Below are positions 8,992 through 18,580 of a stretch of DNA of 64,000 bases, in pieces. Every line of letters begins with the position of its first letter. Within the stretch, counting starts at the first letter, position 1. A model generated the notes under the pieces. The model ran no database searches and was not told the origin of the DNA. It saw only the letters and a list, made by a program, of their open reading frames with translations. The position numbers and the translations under genes were made by a program. Origin of the DNA: an uncultured bacterium (GTDB lineage Bacteria; Patescibacteriota; Minisyncoccia; UBA6257; GWB1-50-10); the NCBI GenBank assembly GCA_963768835.1, contig CAVYJB010000001.1, positions 24,420 through 88,419 of the forward strand, in the 5' to 3' direction.

Positions 8992-10354
8992 ATGCAAGAA
9001 ACTCCGCATAACCAAAATAACACCTCTTTCTATGGCCTGGGTATCGCCCCGGCTATTTTGGATGTTATCCAACGGCTCGGTTTCAAGGTTCCGACGCCTA
9101 TCCAGCAAGAATCCATCCCCATCGCGCTTAAGGGGAACGATATGATCGGCATCGCGCAGACCGGTACGGGGAAAACTCTCGCGTTTGGCATCCCGATGGT
9201 GCAGGAACTCCTCAAGGGAAAAGGGGCGGGTCTCGTGGTGCTCCCGACACGTGAGCTTGCGGAGCAGGTGGACAAGGCGCTCCGGCAGGTAGGTGATCGA
9301 CTGGGTCTCCGAACCGCGGTTATCATCGGTGGCGCTTCGATGCTTATGCAACGCCGAGCTTTGGAGCGACAGCCTCACATCGTCATCGGCACACCCGGCC
9401 GCATCCTGGACCACCTCGAACATCGCTCTCTCTCGCTCGCGCAGGTTTCTATTCTCGTCCTCGACGAAGCCGACCGCATGCTTGATATGGGTTTCGCGCC
9501 ACAGCTGAACCGCATCCTTGAAGCGGTCCCCAAAGATCGCCAAACGATGCTGTTCTCGGCCACGATGCCGGACCAGATCGTCAAGATCGCGCAGCGCTTC
9601 ATGCGGACCCCGCTCCGTATCGAGGTGGCGCGTACCGGCGCTACGCCGAAAGAAGTTTCGCAGGAGGTTTTCTTCGTTCTCCAGACTTTAAAGCCGCGCC
9701 TTCTTGAGAAGATTCTCAAGGAAATCTACGGGCCCGTCCTTATCTTCACCCGCACGAAGTACGGCGCGAAGAAACTCCATCGACTCGTGAGCACGATGGG
9801 CCTCTCCTCGTCGGAGATTCACTCGAACCGATCCTTGGCACAGCGCCGGGAAGCTCTGGAAGGGTTTAAAAACCGGAAAGTACCAGGTGCTCGTTGCGAC
9901 CGACATCGCGGCGCGCGGCATCGACGTCCAGGGCATTGAACTTGTTTTGAACTACGACCTCCCGGAACAGGCGGAGGATTATGTCCATCGCATTGGACGC
10001 ACCGGCCGGGCAGGCCGTATCGGACGTGCCATTTCTTTTGCAGCTCCGGATCAGCGCGGTGACGTAATTGCGATTGAGCGGCTTCTCCGCGCCGCACTAC
10101 CCGTATCCAAGGTTCCGTCTGAACTTCCGCCGGCCCGGATCCAACCCAATGTTCCTGAGGATTATTCCGATTTTCGAGGCCGTCCCAGCCGTGGACGACG
10201 GACTACTTCTGGCGGGCATCGTCCGAGAGGGGGCTCTCGCCGAGGTTCTGCGCCGGGCAGGAGCGCTTCCGCGGGAAGTTATTTTAGCCCCTATTCGCGC
10301 GGTCGCCGTTCGTTCGGCGGTTCGGGGTTCGGTGGCGCCCGACGTAGAGGATAA
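8992..10354 (+). CDS. DEAD-box ATP-dependent RNA helicase, interrupted by an apparent +1 frameshift near 9876-9880
   Basis: Q motif, GTGKT, DEAD (VLDEADRML), SAT and [10 protein letters not shown] motifs; ORFs 8974..9939 and 9887..10354 join if one A of ggaaag is removed ([14 protein letters not shown]); Arg/Gly-rich tail. Confidence 0.85.
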
Positions 10355-10383
10355 CTAGAAAAAGATAGCGCACGGCAGAAGAC

Positions 10384-10410
10384 AGGCCCCGCATCCGCGG
10401 GGCTTTGTAG
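10384..10410 (+). terminator. Rho-independent terminator after the helicase gene
   Basis: ggccccgc atcc gcggggct then tttgtagtcttg. Confidence 0.65.
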
Positions 10411-10491
10411 TCTTGAAACACTTTAAGCAATGGAACGTATGTATCTGATGCACAAAGGTCGTATCAAGGTCGATAACGATAAAAAATTACA

Positions 10492-11982
10492 ATGAAGAAA
10501 TCAATTAAAATAGCGGTCGCACTTGCTTCCATGACAGGAACGGTAGCCTTGGTCGCGATTCTCTCGGCACAGGCAGCGACACCGCTTGCGGTTAGCTGCG
10601 CCGGAGTAGTCTCCACGAACACGATTACATGGAGCGCTGCGCCGACGGGCGGAGCAACGCCCTACACGTTTCTTTGGTCCGGCGATTCGAAGGTTGCAGG
10701 TAGCACGAGTACATCGATCCTTGCCACCTATGACGAGAATGGCACGTATACCGCGGATATCCAAGTGATTGACGCGTCCTCGAGCGTCGCGACCTCCACA
10801 TGTTCTGCGATGGTGACGTCCTTTCCGGCACCGACCTCGACTCTCACGGTCGTCGTCGGAGTAAGCGGCGGATCGGCGATACCCGCAAACTTTAGCGTCG
10901 GTGTCACGGGCGGAAACCCTCAACCCTCGTCCTTTGCGGGTAGCGCGGGAACCGCGGTGACGCTGAACTCGAGCTCGTCCTACTCGGTGGCGGAAACTTC
11001 CATCCCGGCGAACTATTCGCCGTCCTATGGAGCGAACTGTTCCTCGAGCGGGCTTGCGCCGGGTACTTCCGCGGTCTGTACCATCACAAACACATACACG
11101 CTCTCACCCGTGACGACATCTACGGTGAATGTCACCGTTGCGGTGAACGGCGGGTCCGCCGTGCCGGGCAACTTCATGGTCGCCGTGACGGGCGGAAGCC
11201 CGAACCCCGCATCCTTCCTCGGAAGCGCGGGAACGGCCGTTGTCCTGAATGCGAATTCATCCTACTCAGTGACGGAGACCTCGCTGCCGGCTAACTACGG
11301 TGTGACCTACAGCGGCGGATGCGCGTCTTCCGTCGGACTGTCGCCGGGAAGTTCTGCGGATTGCACGATCACGGATACCTTCAACGCCGCAACGACCACG
11401 CCACCTCTGCCGCGGGTGAATCCGCCATCGCTCTCGATCGGGCCGAACGGCAGCTTCTTGGGCCGCGGGATGACCGTTACGAGCGTGGGCACGAACACCT
11501 TTCAGGCACAGGTCTGGGGCATCACGTACACCGTGAATTGGTCTGGAAACCTTCCGACGTTCTACCTCCGCGGCGGCAACACGGCGACCTCGACGCCCTC
11601 CGAGCAGCTCCAGGTCGGAGACGAAGTGGGCGTGATGGGGAAAGTGGACCCGTCCGCACCGCTTGTGGTAAACGCCAACATTGTTCGTGACTACAGCATC
11701 ATTAGACCTCGCCCTCCTCGTTCCGAGAGAGGTAGCAATGGAGGTAACGGAGTAGGTTACGGCAATAACGGGAATGGTATCGGCTGGGGATGGGAAAACG
11801 GAGCGACTCCGAACGCGGGAGCCTCGGTGAACGCAACTGTCACGCCACCGACGATTCCTGCGATTCCGACGATCCCCGGGAATCCCGGAGATTTCCAGGG
11901 TCGCATGAACAACCTCATGCAGCAGTTCAACCGGCTGAGCCAGATGTTCAAGAATCGCTTTGGGAATGGGAAAGGGCACTAA
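10492..11982 (+). CDS. Secreted repeat protein with two ~90-aa Ig-like tandem domains and a Gly/Asn-rich C-terminus
   Basis: Signal peptide; two copies of ...VTGG.P.P.SF.GSAGTAV.LN...SYSV.ETS.PANY...Y...C.SS.GL.PG.SA.CTIT.T..; tail GSNGGNGVGYGNNGNGIGWGWENG. Confidence 0.7.
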   Translation: MKKSIKIAVALASMTGTVALVAILSAQAATPLAVSCAGVVSTNTITWSAAPTGGATPYTFLWSGDSKVAGSTSTSILATYDENGTYTADIQVIDASSSVATSTCSAMVTSFPAPTSTLTVVVGVSGGSAIPANFSVGVTGGNPQPSSFAGSAGTAVTLNSSSSYSVAETSIPANYSPSYGANCSSSGLAPGTSAVCTITNTYTLSPVTTSTVNVTVAVNGGSAVPGNFMVAVTGGSPNPASFLGSAGTAVVLNANSSYSVTETSLPANYGVTYSGGCASSVGLSPGSSADCTITDTFNAATTTPPLPRVNPPSLSIGPNGSFLGRGMTVTSVGTNTFQAQVWGITYTVNWSGNLPTFYLRGGNTATSTPSEQLQVGDEVGVMGKVDPSAPLVVNANIVRDYSIIRPRPPRSERGSNGGNGVGYGNNGNGIGWGWENGATPNAGASVNATVTPPTIPAIPTIPGNPGDFQGRMNNLMQQFNRLSQMFKNRFGNGKGH

Positions 11983-12087
11983 CAGCCCGTTCTCACCGGC
12001 CCTGGGAATCGTGGACGGCCTGCTGATTTATCGGCGAGCACCCCGCACCAGGGCCGCAGAGCCCACAACGTACAGGTCAGATAAAAT

Positions 12088-12124
12088 GCCGCACCCCGCT
12101 TAAAACTGGGTGCGGTTGTGTTTA
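12088..12124. terminator. Bidirectional terminator
   Basis: ccgcaccc ... gggtgcgg hairpin followed by ttgtgttt. Confidence 0.6.
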
Positions 12125-12126
12125 CG

Positions 12127-13167
12127 TTAAAGTACGGGCTCAAGCTTTGACTGTCTGCGGAAGAGCAAGGATTCGAGGGTGTAGCGGTCATATCCGTGGG
12201 CGAAGAGTGCGATGTTGATGCCGAAAAGAATGACATGCGGCCACACAACCTCTCCGAAGTGGATAATAGAAAGCGTAAGGAACGCAGTGAACACGATCGC
12301 GGTAAAGCGCACTTCGAAGCCGATCGCGAAGAAGGTTCCGATGGTCGCTTCGATGACGAAAGCTCCGAGCACCAAGAAGAGGGGAGAGAACGGGAAGAAT
12401 TGCGTGAGGTGGTAGTCTCTCACGGTATCAAGCGCAAGATTGCTGTGAAGGAACTTCGCGTAGAACGATGCATAAAATACGGCAATGCCGAAACAGACAC
12501 GAAGAACAAGGAAGGCGTACTGTTCGAATCGCGCGGTAAGAGGAGATACGCTTCGTTTCTTCAGAAACATATCCAGCGAGAATTCACCGCTTCCTAAAAG
12601 GAACGCAACGATCATCTCGCCGAAATAGTTCAGGTAGGTGAGCATGTAACCCTGAAAGCGCACAATCGCTATCGCAAATATCGCCATGGCGGCAAGCGCG
12701 GCCCAGCGCGTTCCGAGCCCGAGGACGAAGAGTGCCCCCACGATGTAGAGAAAGATCCGTAGTGCAGGCGCGAAGGGACCCACGACAGTTGTAAGCGGAA
12801 GTTCTGGCCCAAAGAGACCGCCATAGTGTGCCGATGCGATGAGACTAAAACCAATGGTCAAGCGTCCGACAAGAGGCGCGTAGCGCTTCAATCGCGAGAG
12901 CCAGGGGCTTGCCCAAAGTTCGGCCCGACGGATAACCGAGACGCGCAGCACTACAATGACAAGGAGGAGAATGAGGAACCCCCACAGAATGAACAGTTGT
13001 TCTTGGGTAGCGAGAACCGAGAAGGGATTAGGCGAGGGCATGCTCACCGCCGATTGGATCTCCTGAGGCGATAAGACATAAACCTCGTGCGCGGAACTCA
13101 CCGCCGGCAGGAGGAATAGCCCGAACAAGAAAGCCGCTGAAGCGAGTCGAAGGGTAGTTCGGTGCAT
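12127..13167 (-). CDS. Integral membrane protein, DoxX-like (duplicated)
   Basis: 346 aa with about eight TM helices; signal peptide; two DoxX-like halves. Confidence 0.55.
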   Translation of the reverse strand: MHRTTLRLASAAFLFGLFLLPAVSSAHEVYVLSPQEIQSAVSMPSPNPFSVLATQEQLFILWGFLILLLVIVVLRVSVIRRAELWASPWLSRLKRYAPLVGRLTIGFSLIASAHYGGLFGPELPLTTVVGPFAPALRIFLYIVGALFVLGLGTRWAALAAMAIFAIAIVRFQGYMLTYLNYFGEMIVAFLLGSGEFSLDMFLKKRSVSPLTARFEQYAFLVLRVCFGIAVFYASFYAKFLHSNLALDTVRDYHLTQFFPFSPLFLVLGAFVIEATIGTFFAIGFEVRFTAIVFTAFLTLSIIHFGEVVWPHVILFGINIALFAHGYDRYTLESLLFRRQSKLEPVL

Positions 13168-13226
13168 AATAAATCTAGTTTAACATAATGCCCACGCCCG
13201 CAGATCGCACAGTGCCCAGGACATCC

Positions 13227-13682
13227 CTAAGCGGCTTCTTCTACCAAGCCATACTTAGTATTCCATCGAGCGATGCAATCCTCGAGCAGGTCCTGTGCCT
13301 CGGTTGAAAAGTTTTCTTTTCCAATAAATTCAACAATTGGCCGTATGTCCCTTTCTGGAATGCCTTTTGAGTAATCTATTTCATCGAAAGGCTGGTTTGC
13401 GAGTCGGAATATGAAGTTGCCATTTTGTTCTACAATAACGTGGTCAACGTAATTTCCGAAGGTCTTGATATCTCCTGTCTGTTTATCCGCATAACCGTTC
13501 GCGGCGGTACAAGGCCAGGATTTTCCGCTGATCTCAACACTGCGTGCGTTCCCGCCCATTGATTCGGTACGGAGCAACTCGTGCATCTCTGTTTCCATTT
13601 TCTCGAGGTTCCGCTCGATCGCAAGTTCTCGCTCGGATTTCTCAGGCGATCGCTCGGCCAGGTGGAAAAGTTTCTCGAACAT
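13227..13682 (-). CDS. Hypothetical cytoplasmic protein
   Basis: Start set at MFEKLFHL to avoid overlapping the divergent VOC gene; no recognisable motif. Confidence 0.45.
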   Translation of the reverse strand: MFEKLFHLAERSPEKSERELAIERNLEKMETEMHELLRTESMGGNARSVEISGKSWPCTAANGYADKQTGDIKTFGNYVDHVIVEQNGNFIFRLANQPFDEIDYSKGIPERDIRPIVEFIGKENFSTEAQDLLEDCIARWNTKYGLVEEAA

Positions 13683-13788
13683 CGGTGTTTTTATAGTAAC
13701 GCTCCCATCGTAAATGGTAAATAGAATAAGGACAGGGAGAGCTATGGTATAATCAACCCCATAGTCGTAACAGGATAAAAACATAACC

Positions 13789-14178
13789 ATGAACCGCGTC
13801 ATACATTTCGAGATACAGGCGGACAACATCGAGCGGGCGAAGAAGTTTTACGAGAACGCCCTTGGTTGGAAAATTAGCCAGATGATGACGAAGGAGAAGG
13901 GCGGGATGGACTACTGGGGCGTCACGACGGGCGAGGGAACCCCGGGTATCAATGGCGGCCTTTATCAGCGACCGACCGCCGGAGATAAATTCTACCTCTA
14001 TGACTGCACAATCGAGGTCAAGGATATCGATGTAGCCATCGCGGCGGTCAAGGCAAACGGGGGCACCATTACGAAGGAGAAGTCAGAGATCCCTGGCGTG
14101 GGCTTGTTTGCAGGCGCGAAAGATACAGAAGGGAACCGTTTTGGTCTCATGCAGCCGACCGGCTGGCAGGCAAAATAG
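13789..14178 (+). CDS. VOC family (glyoxalase/bleomycin-resistance fold) protein
   Basis: MNRVIHFEIQADNIERAKKFYENALGW and a C-terminal beta-alpha-beta-beta-beta repeat typical of VOC proteins. Confidence 0.8.
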   Translation: MNRVIHFEIQADNIERAKKFYENALGWKISQMMTKEKGGMDYWGVTTGEGTPGINGGLYQRPTAGDKFYLYDCTIEVKDIDVAIAAVKANGGTITKEKSEIPGVGLFAGAKDTEGNRFGLMQPTGWQAK

Positions 14179-14198
14179 GGTTATTATTCTTGTACGCA

Positions 14199-14234
14199 GA
14201 GGACCGCCGATCGATCGGCGGTTCTCGTTTTTAT
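14199..14234 (+). terminator. Rho-independent terminator
   Basis: 28-bp near-perfect palindrome gaggaccgccgatcgatcggcggttctc followed by gtttttat. Confidence 0.75.
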
Positions 14235-14283
14235 GAAAGGGGTATAATGGTACCAAAGGTCGGGGAAGCCAAAATTTTCACCT

Positions 14284-14583
14284 ATGGCAAAAGAGGTCAT
14301 CAAGCACGGTGGGAAGCGAGTACCCTTTAAGCCCGAGAAGCTGAAGCGCTCTATCCGTCTCGCGTGCAAGGACGCACATGTTCCGACGGCTCGCGTGAAA
14401 GGCATCGTTTCGAAGGTGGCCGGGCCCATCCTGCGATTCGCCAAGAAGCGAAAAGCGGTCCGCGGTTCCGTGCTGCGCACGAAGGTTCTCGCGGGGCTCA
14501 AGAAGGCGGAACCGAAAGCGGCAGTGGCATGGATGCGGTATGAGAAGCGCCGGCGTGCGCGGAAGTCACGACGACGGAAATAG
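14284..14583 (+). CDS. Standalone ATP-cone domain protein with poly-basic C-terminal tail
   Basis: VIKHGGKRVPFKPEKLKRSIRLACKDA ... AWMRYEKRRRAR matches the ATP-cone pattern (compare NrdR [26 protein letters not shown]...AYIRFASVYRSF); no zinc ribbon; KSRRRK tail. Confidence 0.7.
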   Translation: MAKEVIKHGGKRVPFKPEKLKRSIRLACKDAHVPTARVKGIVSKVAGPILRFAKKRKAVRGSVLRTKVLAGLKKAEPKAAVAWMRYEKRRRARKSRRRK

Positions 14584-14629
14584 CCGGTATCGCGCAAAAA
14601 TCACTCCGATGAAAATCGGGGTGGTTTTT

Positions 14630-15619
14630 CTATGCAAGGTGTGTCCGGTCGGGCCAACGAGAGGATACGTACGTTGCTACCTCACTGAGCTTTAATGCGG
14701 TCGTTGTATTCCCCGTGCGGACGTAGAAGTGCTCGCTATTGTCAGTCCGGAGATAGACCGGATGCGCACTCTGGGCGATGTCCACTACGCAGACATCGTG
14801 GCCGTCACGTTTCTCGAACCAAAGCTTCACGAGGTGCCGAAGCTCCGGCCCTATCATCGCATTAAAAACCTGGGTGAAATGATTCTCAAAGCCGTCGCTG
14901 GTGGGTCGTTGGATGGTGCCATAATCGTTTTCGAGACCCAAGGTGTGCCGCGTATCATCCACCCCAAGAACGATGCGGCCGCCGTCGGAATTCAGGAAAG
15001 CTGCCACCGATTTCATCGTCGCTTTCTCGAGGTCCCGGTTCACGCGTCCCACATGAGGATCGAAACGCAACGAGGACTTGAACTCCAAGCGCTCGTCCTC
15101 TTCCTGCTGTACGAGCTTCGAAAGATCGGGGCGTTCGCCGGAGGACGCGCGGACAGTTCGTGCGATGTCGGCAAAATGCCCCTGCGGTGAAGAAATATCG
15201 CCTAACACAAAGGGTTTCTCTCCTTGCACGGCTATCCGGACCGTTCCATAACGGAAAAGTTTCCCAAGGAAACCGACAGAGAGCGTCACCGAAGGTGCTT
15301 CTGAGATCCGCACTTCCCGGCGATTGCGCAGAAAAACGCCACGTTCATGGACGAGAATATTCGGGCGAATAACATAACGTTCGCGATACCATCGGAGAAA
15401 GGCGTAGATAGTAATGAGAAACTGGGCCCCGGAGAGAAAGAGTATCTTGGCCGTCTGGTAGGGGAAGAGCCCGGCAAGTGGCAGCTGGCTATACAGGTCG
15501 TACTTAGTGCTCCCACCGCCTAAGGAGAGCAGGTAGGCGGCGAAGGCCGCCACTTCAATAAATGCGAAGGTTCGAATGAGAACGACGGGGCTTCGGCGCA
15601 CAACCATTTCGTTCGTCAT
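14630..15619 (-). CDS. Membrane-anchored bPH_2 - AlbA_2 (Schlafen-like putative DNA-binding) fusion protein
   Basis: N-terminal 2 TM plus bPH_2-like region; C-terminal ERLEFKSSLRFD...KSVAAFLNSDGGRIVLGVDDTRHTLGLEND matches AlbA_2 (PF04326) consensus. Confidence 0.65.
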   Translation of the reverse strand: MTNEMVVRRSPVVLIRTFAFIEVAAFAAYLLSLGGGSTKYDLYSQLPLAGLFPYQTAKILFLSGAQFLITIYAFLRWYRERYVIRPNILVHERGVFLRNRREVRISEAPSVTLSVGFLGKLFRYGTVRIAVQGEKPFVLGDISSPQGHFADIARTVRASSGERPDLSKLVQQEEDERLEFKSSLRFDPHVGRVNRDLEKATMKSVAAFLNSDGGRIVLGVDDTRHTLGLENDYGTIQRPTSDGFENHFTQVFNAMIGPELRHLVKLWFEKRDGHDVCVVDIAQSAHPVYLRTDNSEHFYVRTGNTTTALKLSEVATYVSSRWPDRTHLA

Positions 15620-15682
15620 GCTTTGGGATAATGCTATACCGAGGTTTCGAGGAAGGGAAGGGCTCCGAGATTATCGGTTCGT

Positions 15683-15847
15683 CTATTGGCTTAACTTAAA
15701 GCCCAACCAAATCCCAACGATTCCTCCGACGCCACTCAAAAGAATCGATGAAAAGGAAAAAATGTCGCCTCCCCAAAGAGCTGGCAGAAATCCTCCAATG
15801 GTAGATCCTACGAATAACCCGATCCAAATAAAGGGATTAGATTTCAT
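15683..15847 (-). CDS. Small hydrophobic membrane protein (54 aa; GlsB/YeaQ/YmgE-like?)
   Basis: My own translation MKSNPFIWIGLFVGSTIGGFLPALWGGDIFSFSSILLSGVGGIVGIWLGFKLSQ; below the 60-aa ORF-track cutoff. Confidence 0.35.
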   Translation of the reverse strand: MKSNPFIWIGLFVGSTIGGFLPALWGGDIFSFSSILLSGVGGIVGIWLGFKLSQ

Positions 15848-16017
15848 ATTTTATGAAAGGTCAGGAACCTAAAATTGTGCATGAGCGATCCTCTAGGTAA
15901 TCCAATAATACCTTACCTCCCTTGTTCAAGTCATCGCATACCTTGCCCGGAGCCATATATGGTGGTATATCTTCAATCAGAAATGACACCTCTCCTTTAG
16001 TAGTAATATAAAGACTC

Positions 16018-17829
16018 ATGGGAACTTCTTCTCAAGTTAAGAACAAAAAAACCGGCGGTCTTACGCGAGACGTCTTTTTTGAAGGAATCAAGGCTATTGC
16101 GAAGTACTTGAAGCCTCATAAGAAGATGCTTGTTATTCTCACTGTTTTCGGCTTATTGAATGCCGCCGCGCAGGCGTTTGTTCCTCTTATCTCCGGGAGA
16201 ATTTTTGATGCGATTATTGCGATTTCAAGAAATTCTCTCCTGCCGCTTGTCCCGATATTTACCCTGATCATCGTTTGGCTTTTGCTCCAGTTGAGTAGTA
16301 ATACGATCAGTTGGTGGACCGGCTTTCAAAACGATAAATTAAGCACGCTGTTAAGCGCTAACTACATTGCAAAGGGGTTCGGAAAGCTCTTCGAATTGCC
16401 GTTGGCGTTTCATACCACGCAAAAGCAGGGCGACGTCAACGACCGCATAAATCGCGCCTCGAACTGGCTCGATAATATCGTGAACAATGTGCTCCTTACC
16501 CTTCTACCAAACTTTCTCAGCATCGTGATCGCGCTCGTTATTACGGTCTATATTAATTCAACTTTTACGCTCATTCTTATCGGAGCAATCATCGTTTACA
16601 GCCTCATCCTTTGGAGCGCGGTCCCGCGCCTCACGGGCCTTCAAACGAAAATGCACCGTGCCTACAACGTTGCTTATGGCAACGCCTACGATGCGATGGG
16701 GAATATTCGAGAAATAAAACAAGCGGCAACCGAAAAACAGGAGCAGAAGAAAATCTACAACAACTTCATTGACCGCGCTGCGCAATTCTGGGTGGACATG
16801 AACACCATCTTCCAGCGATTGAATTTTTTTCAAAAGACGGTTGTGACCCTGACGCAATTATCGATTTTTACCTTGTCGGTCTTTTTCGTGAAAAACGGAA
16901 TGTTGACTCCCGGCGGACTTGTCGCGTTCAACGGTTATGCCGCGATGATCTTGGGACCATTCGTCATCTTGGGGCAGAACTGGCAAACCATCCAAAATGG
17001 GTTGGTTGCAATCGTTCGCGCGGAAAAGATACTTGCGACGCCGACCGAAAATTACCTTCCCAAAAACGCCGTGGCACCCCAAACGCTACGAGGGGAGGTG
17101 GAATTCGAAAACGTATATTTTTCTTATAAGAGCAGCGAGCAAACCCTCGGGGGGATTTCTTTCCACGTGAAGCCCGGAGAACGCGTGGCCTTGGTGGGCG
17201 AATCAGGGGTGGGCAAGACAACAATCATCGATTTGCTTTCCGGTTTTTACTTCCCGCAGCAAGGGAGAATTCTTATTGACGCTATCGACATTAAGAGAAT
17301 GAACTTGACGAAATATCGATCCCGCATCGGCGTTGTCCCCCAGGAACCGACGCTATTTAACGACACGATTGAGGCGAATATCCGTTACGGTAACCAGGGT
17401 AAATCGCAGGATGAAATGATCGCGGCTGCAAAAGAGGCCTACGCACATGAGTTCATCGAATCATTTCCGAAGAAATATAAGCAAGTCGTGGGCTGGCGCG
17501 GCATCAAGCTTTCTATCGGGCAAAAACAACGCATTGCCCTCGCGCGGGCATTTTTGCGCAATCCTGATATCCTCGCTCTCGACGAGCCGACGTCGGCCCT
17601 TGATGCAAAATCCGAACATCTGATCAAGGCATCGCTGGTAAAGCTAATGGAAGGGAGAACTAGTTTTATTATTGCCCATCGCCTGAGTACAGTGCGCGAA
17701 GCGGATATGATTCTAGTACTGAAGGGCGGCAAAATCGTTGAGCGAGGCAGCCATCAAGAGCTCATCAAGATTCCTGACGGCGTATACCGGTCTCTCTACG
17801 AACTTCAAATCGGATTCGCGGCCCAATAG
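16018..17829 (+). CDS. ABC transporter, fused permease/ATP-binding exporter (MsbA-like)
   Basis: Six-TM N-domain; Walker A GESGVGKTT, signature LSIGQKQRIALARA, Walker B ILALDEPTSALD; visibly lower GC than flanks. Confidence 0.9.
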   Translation: MGTSSQVKNKKTGGLTRDVFFEGIKAIAKYLKPHKKMLVILTVFGLLNAAAQAFVPLISGRIFDAIIAISRNSLLPLVPIFTLIIVWLLLQLSSNTISWWTGFQNDKLSTLLSANYIAKGFGKLFELPLAFHTTQKQGDVNDRINRASNWLDNIVNNVLLTLLPNFLSIVIALVITVYINSTFTLILIGAIIVYSLILWSAVPRLTGLQTKMHRAYNVAYGNAYDAMGNIREIKQAATEKQEQKKIYNNFIDRAAQFWVDMNTIFQRLNFFQKTVVTLTQLSIFTLSVFFVKNGMLTPGGLVAFNGYAAMILGPFVILGQNWQTIQNGLVAIVRAEKILATPTENYLPKNAVAPQTLRGEVEFENVYFSYKSSEQTLGGISFHVKPGERVALVGESGVGKTTIIDLLSGFYFPQQGRILIDAIDIKRMNLTKYRSRIGVVPQEPTLFNDTIEANIRYGNQGKSQDEMIAAAKEAYAHEFIESFPKKYKQVVGWRGIKLSIGQKQRIALARAFLRNPDILALDEPTSALDAKSEHLIKASLVKLMEGRTSFIIAHRLSTVREADMILVLKGGKIVERGSHQELIKIPDGVYRSLYELQIGFAAQ

Positions 17830-17911
17830 AGGAGCGGGTGTCAATAAGGGTCGTAAAACCGTCCTTGAAATGGCCCCCCGACTGGGGTTTAAAAACATCC
17901 GCTAACCTAGT

Positions 17912-18580
17912 CTAATATTCAAATCGTGCTCCTGAATCGGTGGCAAAAGCGATTTTCTCACCTACTCCAGACGTTTCCCTGACAATGAAATCGATTCCGT
18001 CACTTAGGATTTTTATGAATGCACCGTTCTCAATGTCCGGAAACCCTTTCCGCTCTGCAAAACCAATATGTATCAAGAATGCACGCAAGATACCGCCATG
18101 CGTTACCACCAAAACCGTCTTGCCTGGTGACGCAACTGCCACCTCCCTCAAAAAGGTGATCATCCTACTGATAATCTCAGGATCGCTCTCGATGTTATCT
18201 GGATAGGCGACTTCCTTTCGGGCTTCTTCCGACAATTTCCGCAAATTTTCGAAAAACACTTTCGTTCGTTCCGCATAATCTTCATATTGCTTCCCCTCAT
18301 GAATACCATAGCTTCTTTCTCTTAGAAGCTCGGATGTTTGCACAGCCAATTTCTTCTCCAATGCGATGATTTCTGCGGTTTGTCGCGCGCGGGCTAAATC
18401 AGAAGAGTAGATAGAATCGAAATGAACGTTTTTAAGTTTCTGAGAAGTTTCGCGCGCCTGTGTCTCTCCTTGGGCCGTAAGAGGCATATCCTTGTGCCCC
18501 ATGATAATGCCCTTGGCGTTTCCCTCAGCTTCACCATGACGGACAAGATAAATCGTGCAAAGATTGTTATGTTCTTTCAT
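17912..18580 (-). CDS. Histidine phosphatase family protein (phosphoglycerate mutase-like)
   Basis: LVRHGEAEGN catalytic motif and SDLARARQTA; AT-rich. Confidence 0.85.
   Translation of the reverse strand: MKEHNNLCTIYLVRHGEAEGNAKGIIMGHKDMPLTAQGETQARETSQKLKNVHFDSIYSSDLARARQTAEIIALEKKLAVQTSELLRERSYGIHEGKQYEDYAERTKVFFENLRKLSEEARKEVAYPDNIESDPEIISRMITFLREVAVASPGKTVLVVTHGGILRAFLIHIGFAERKGFPDIENGAFIKILSDGIDFIVRETSGVGEKIAFATDSGARFEY

Noticed and set aside
8220-9023. Full-length 267-aa version of the Cys-rich secreted protein ORF
   Set aside because: The N-terminal 41 codons would overlap the DEAD-box helicase start. A Met followed by a Lys-rich signal anchor (MNKKVLYVV) at 8900 is a more plausible start.
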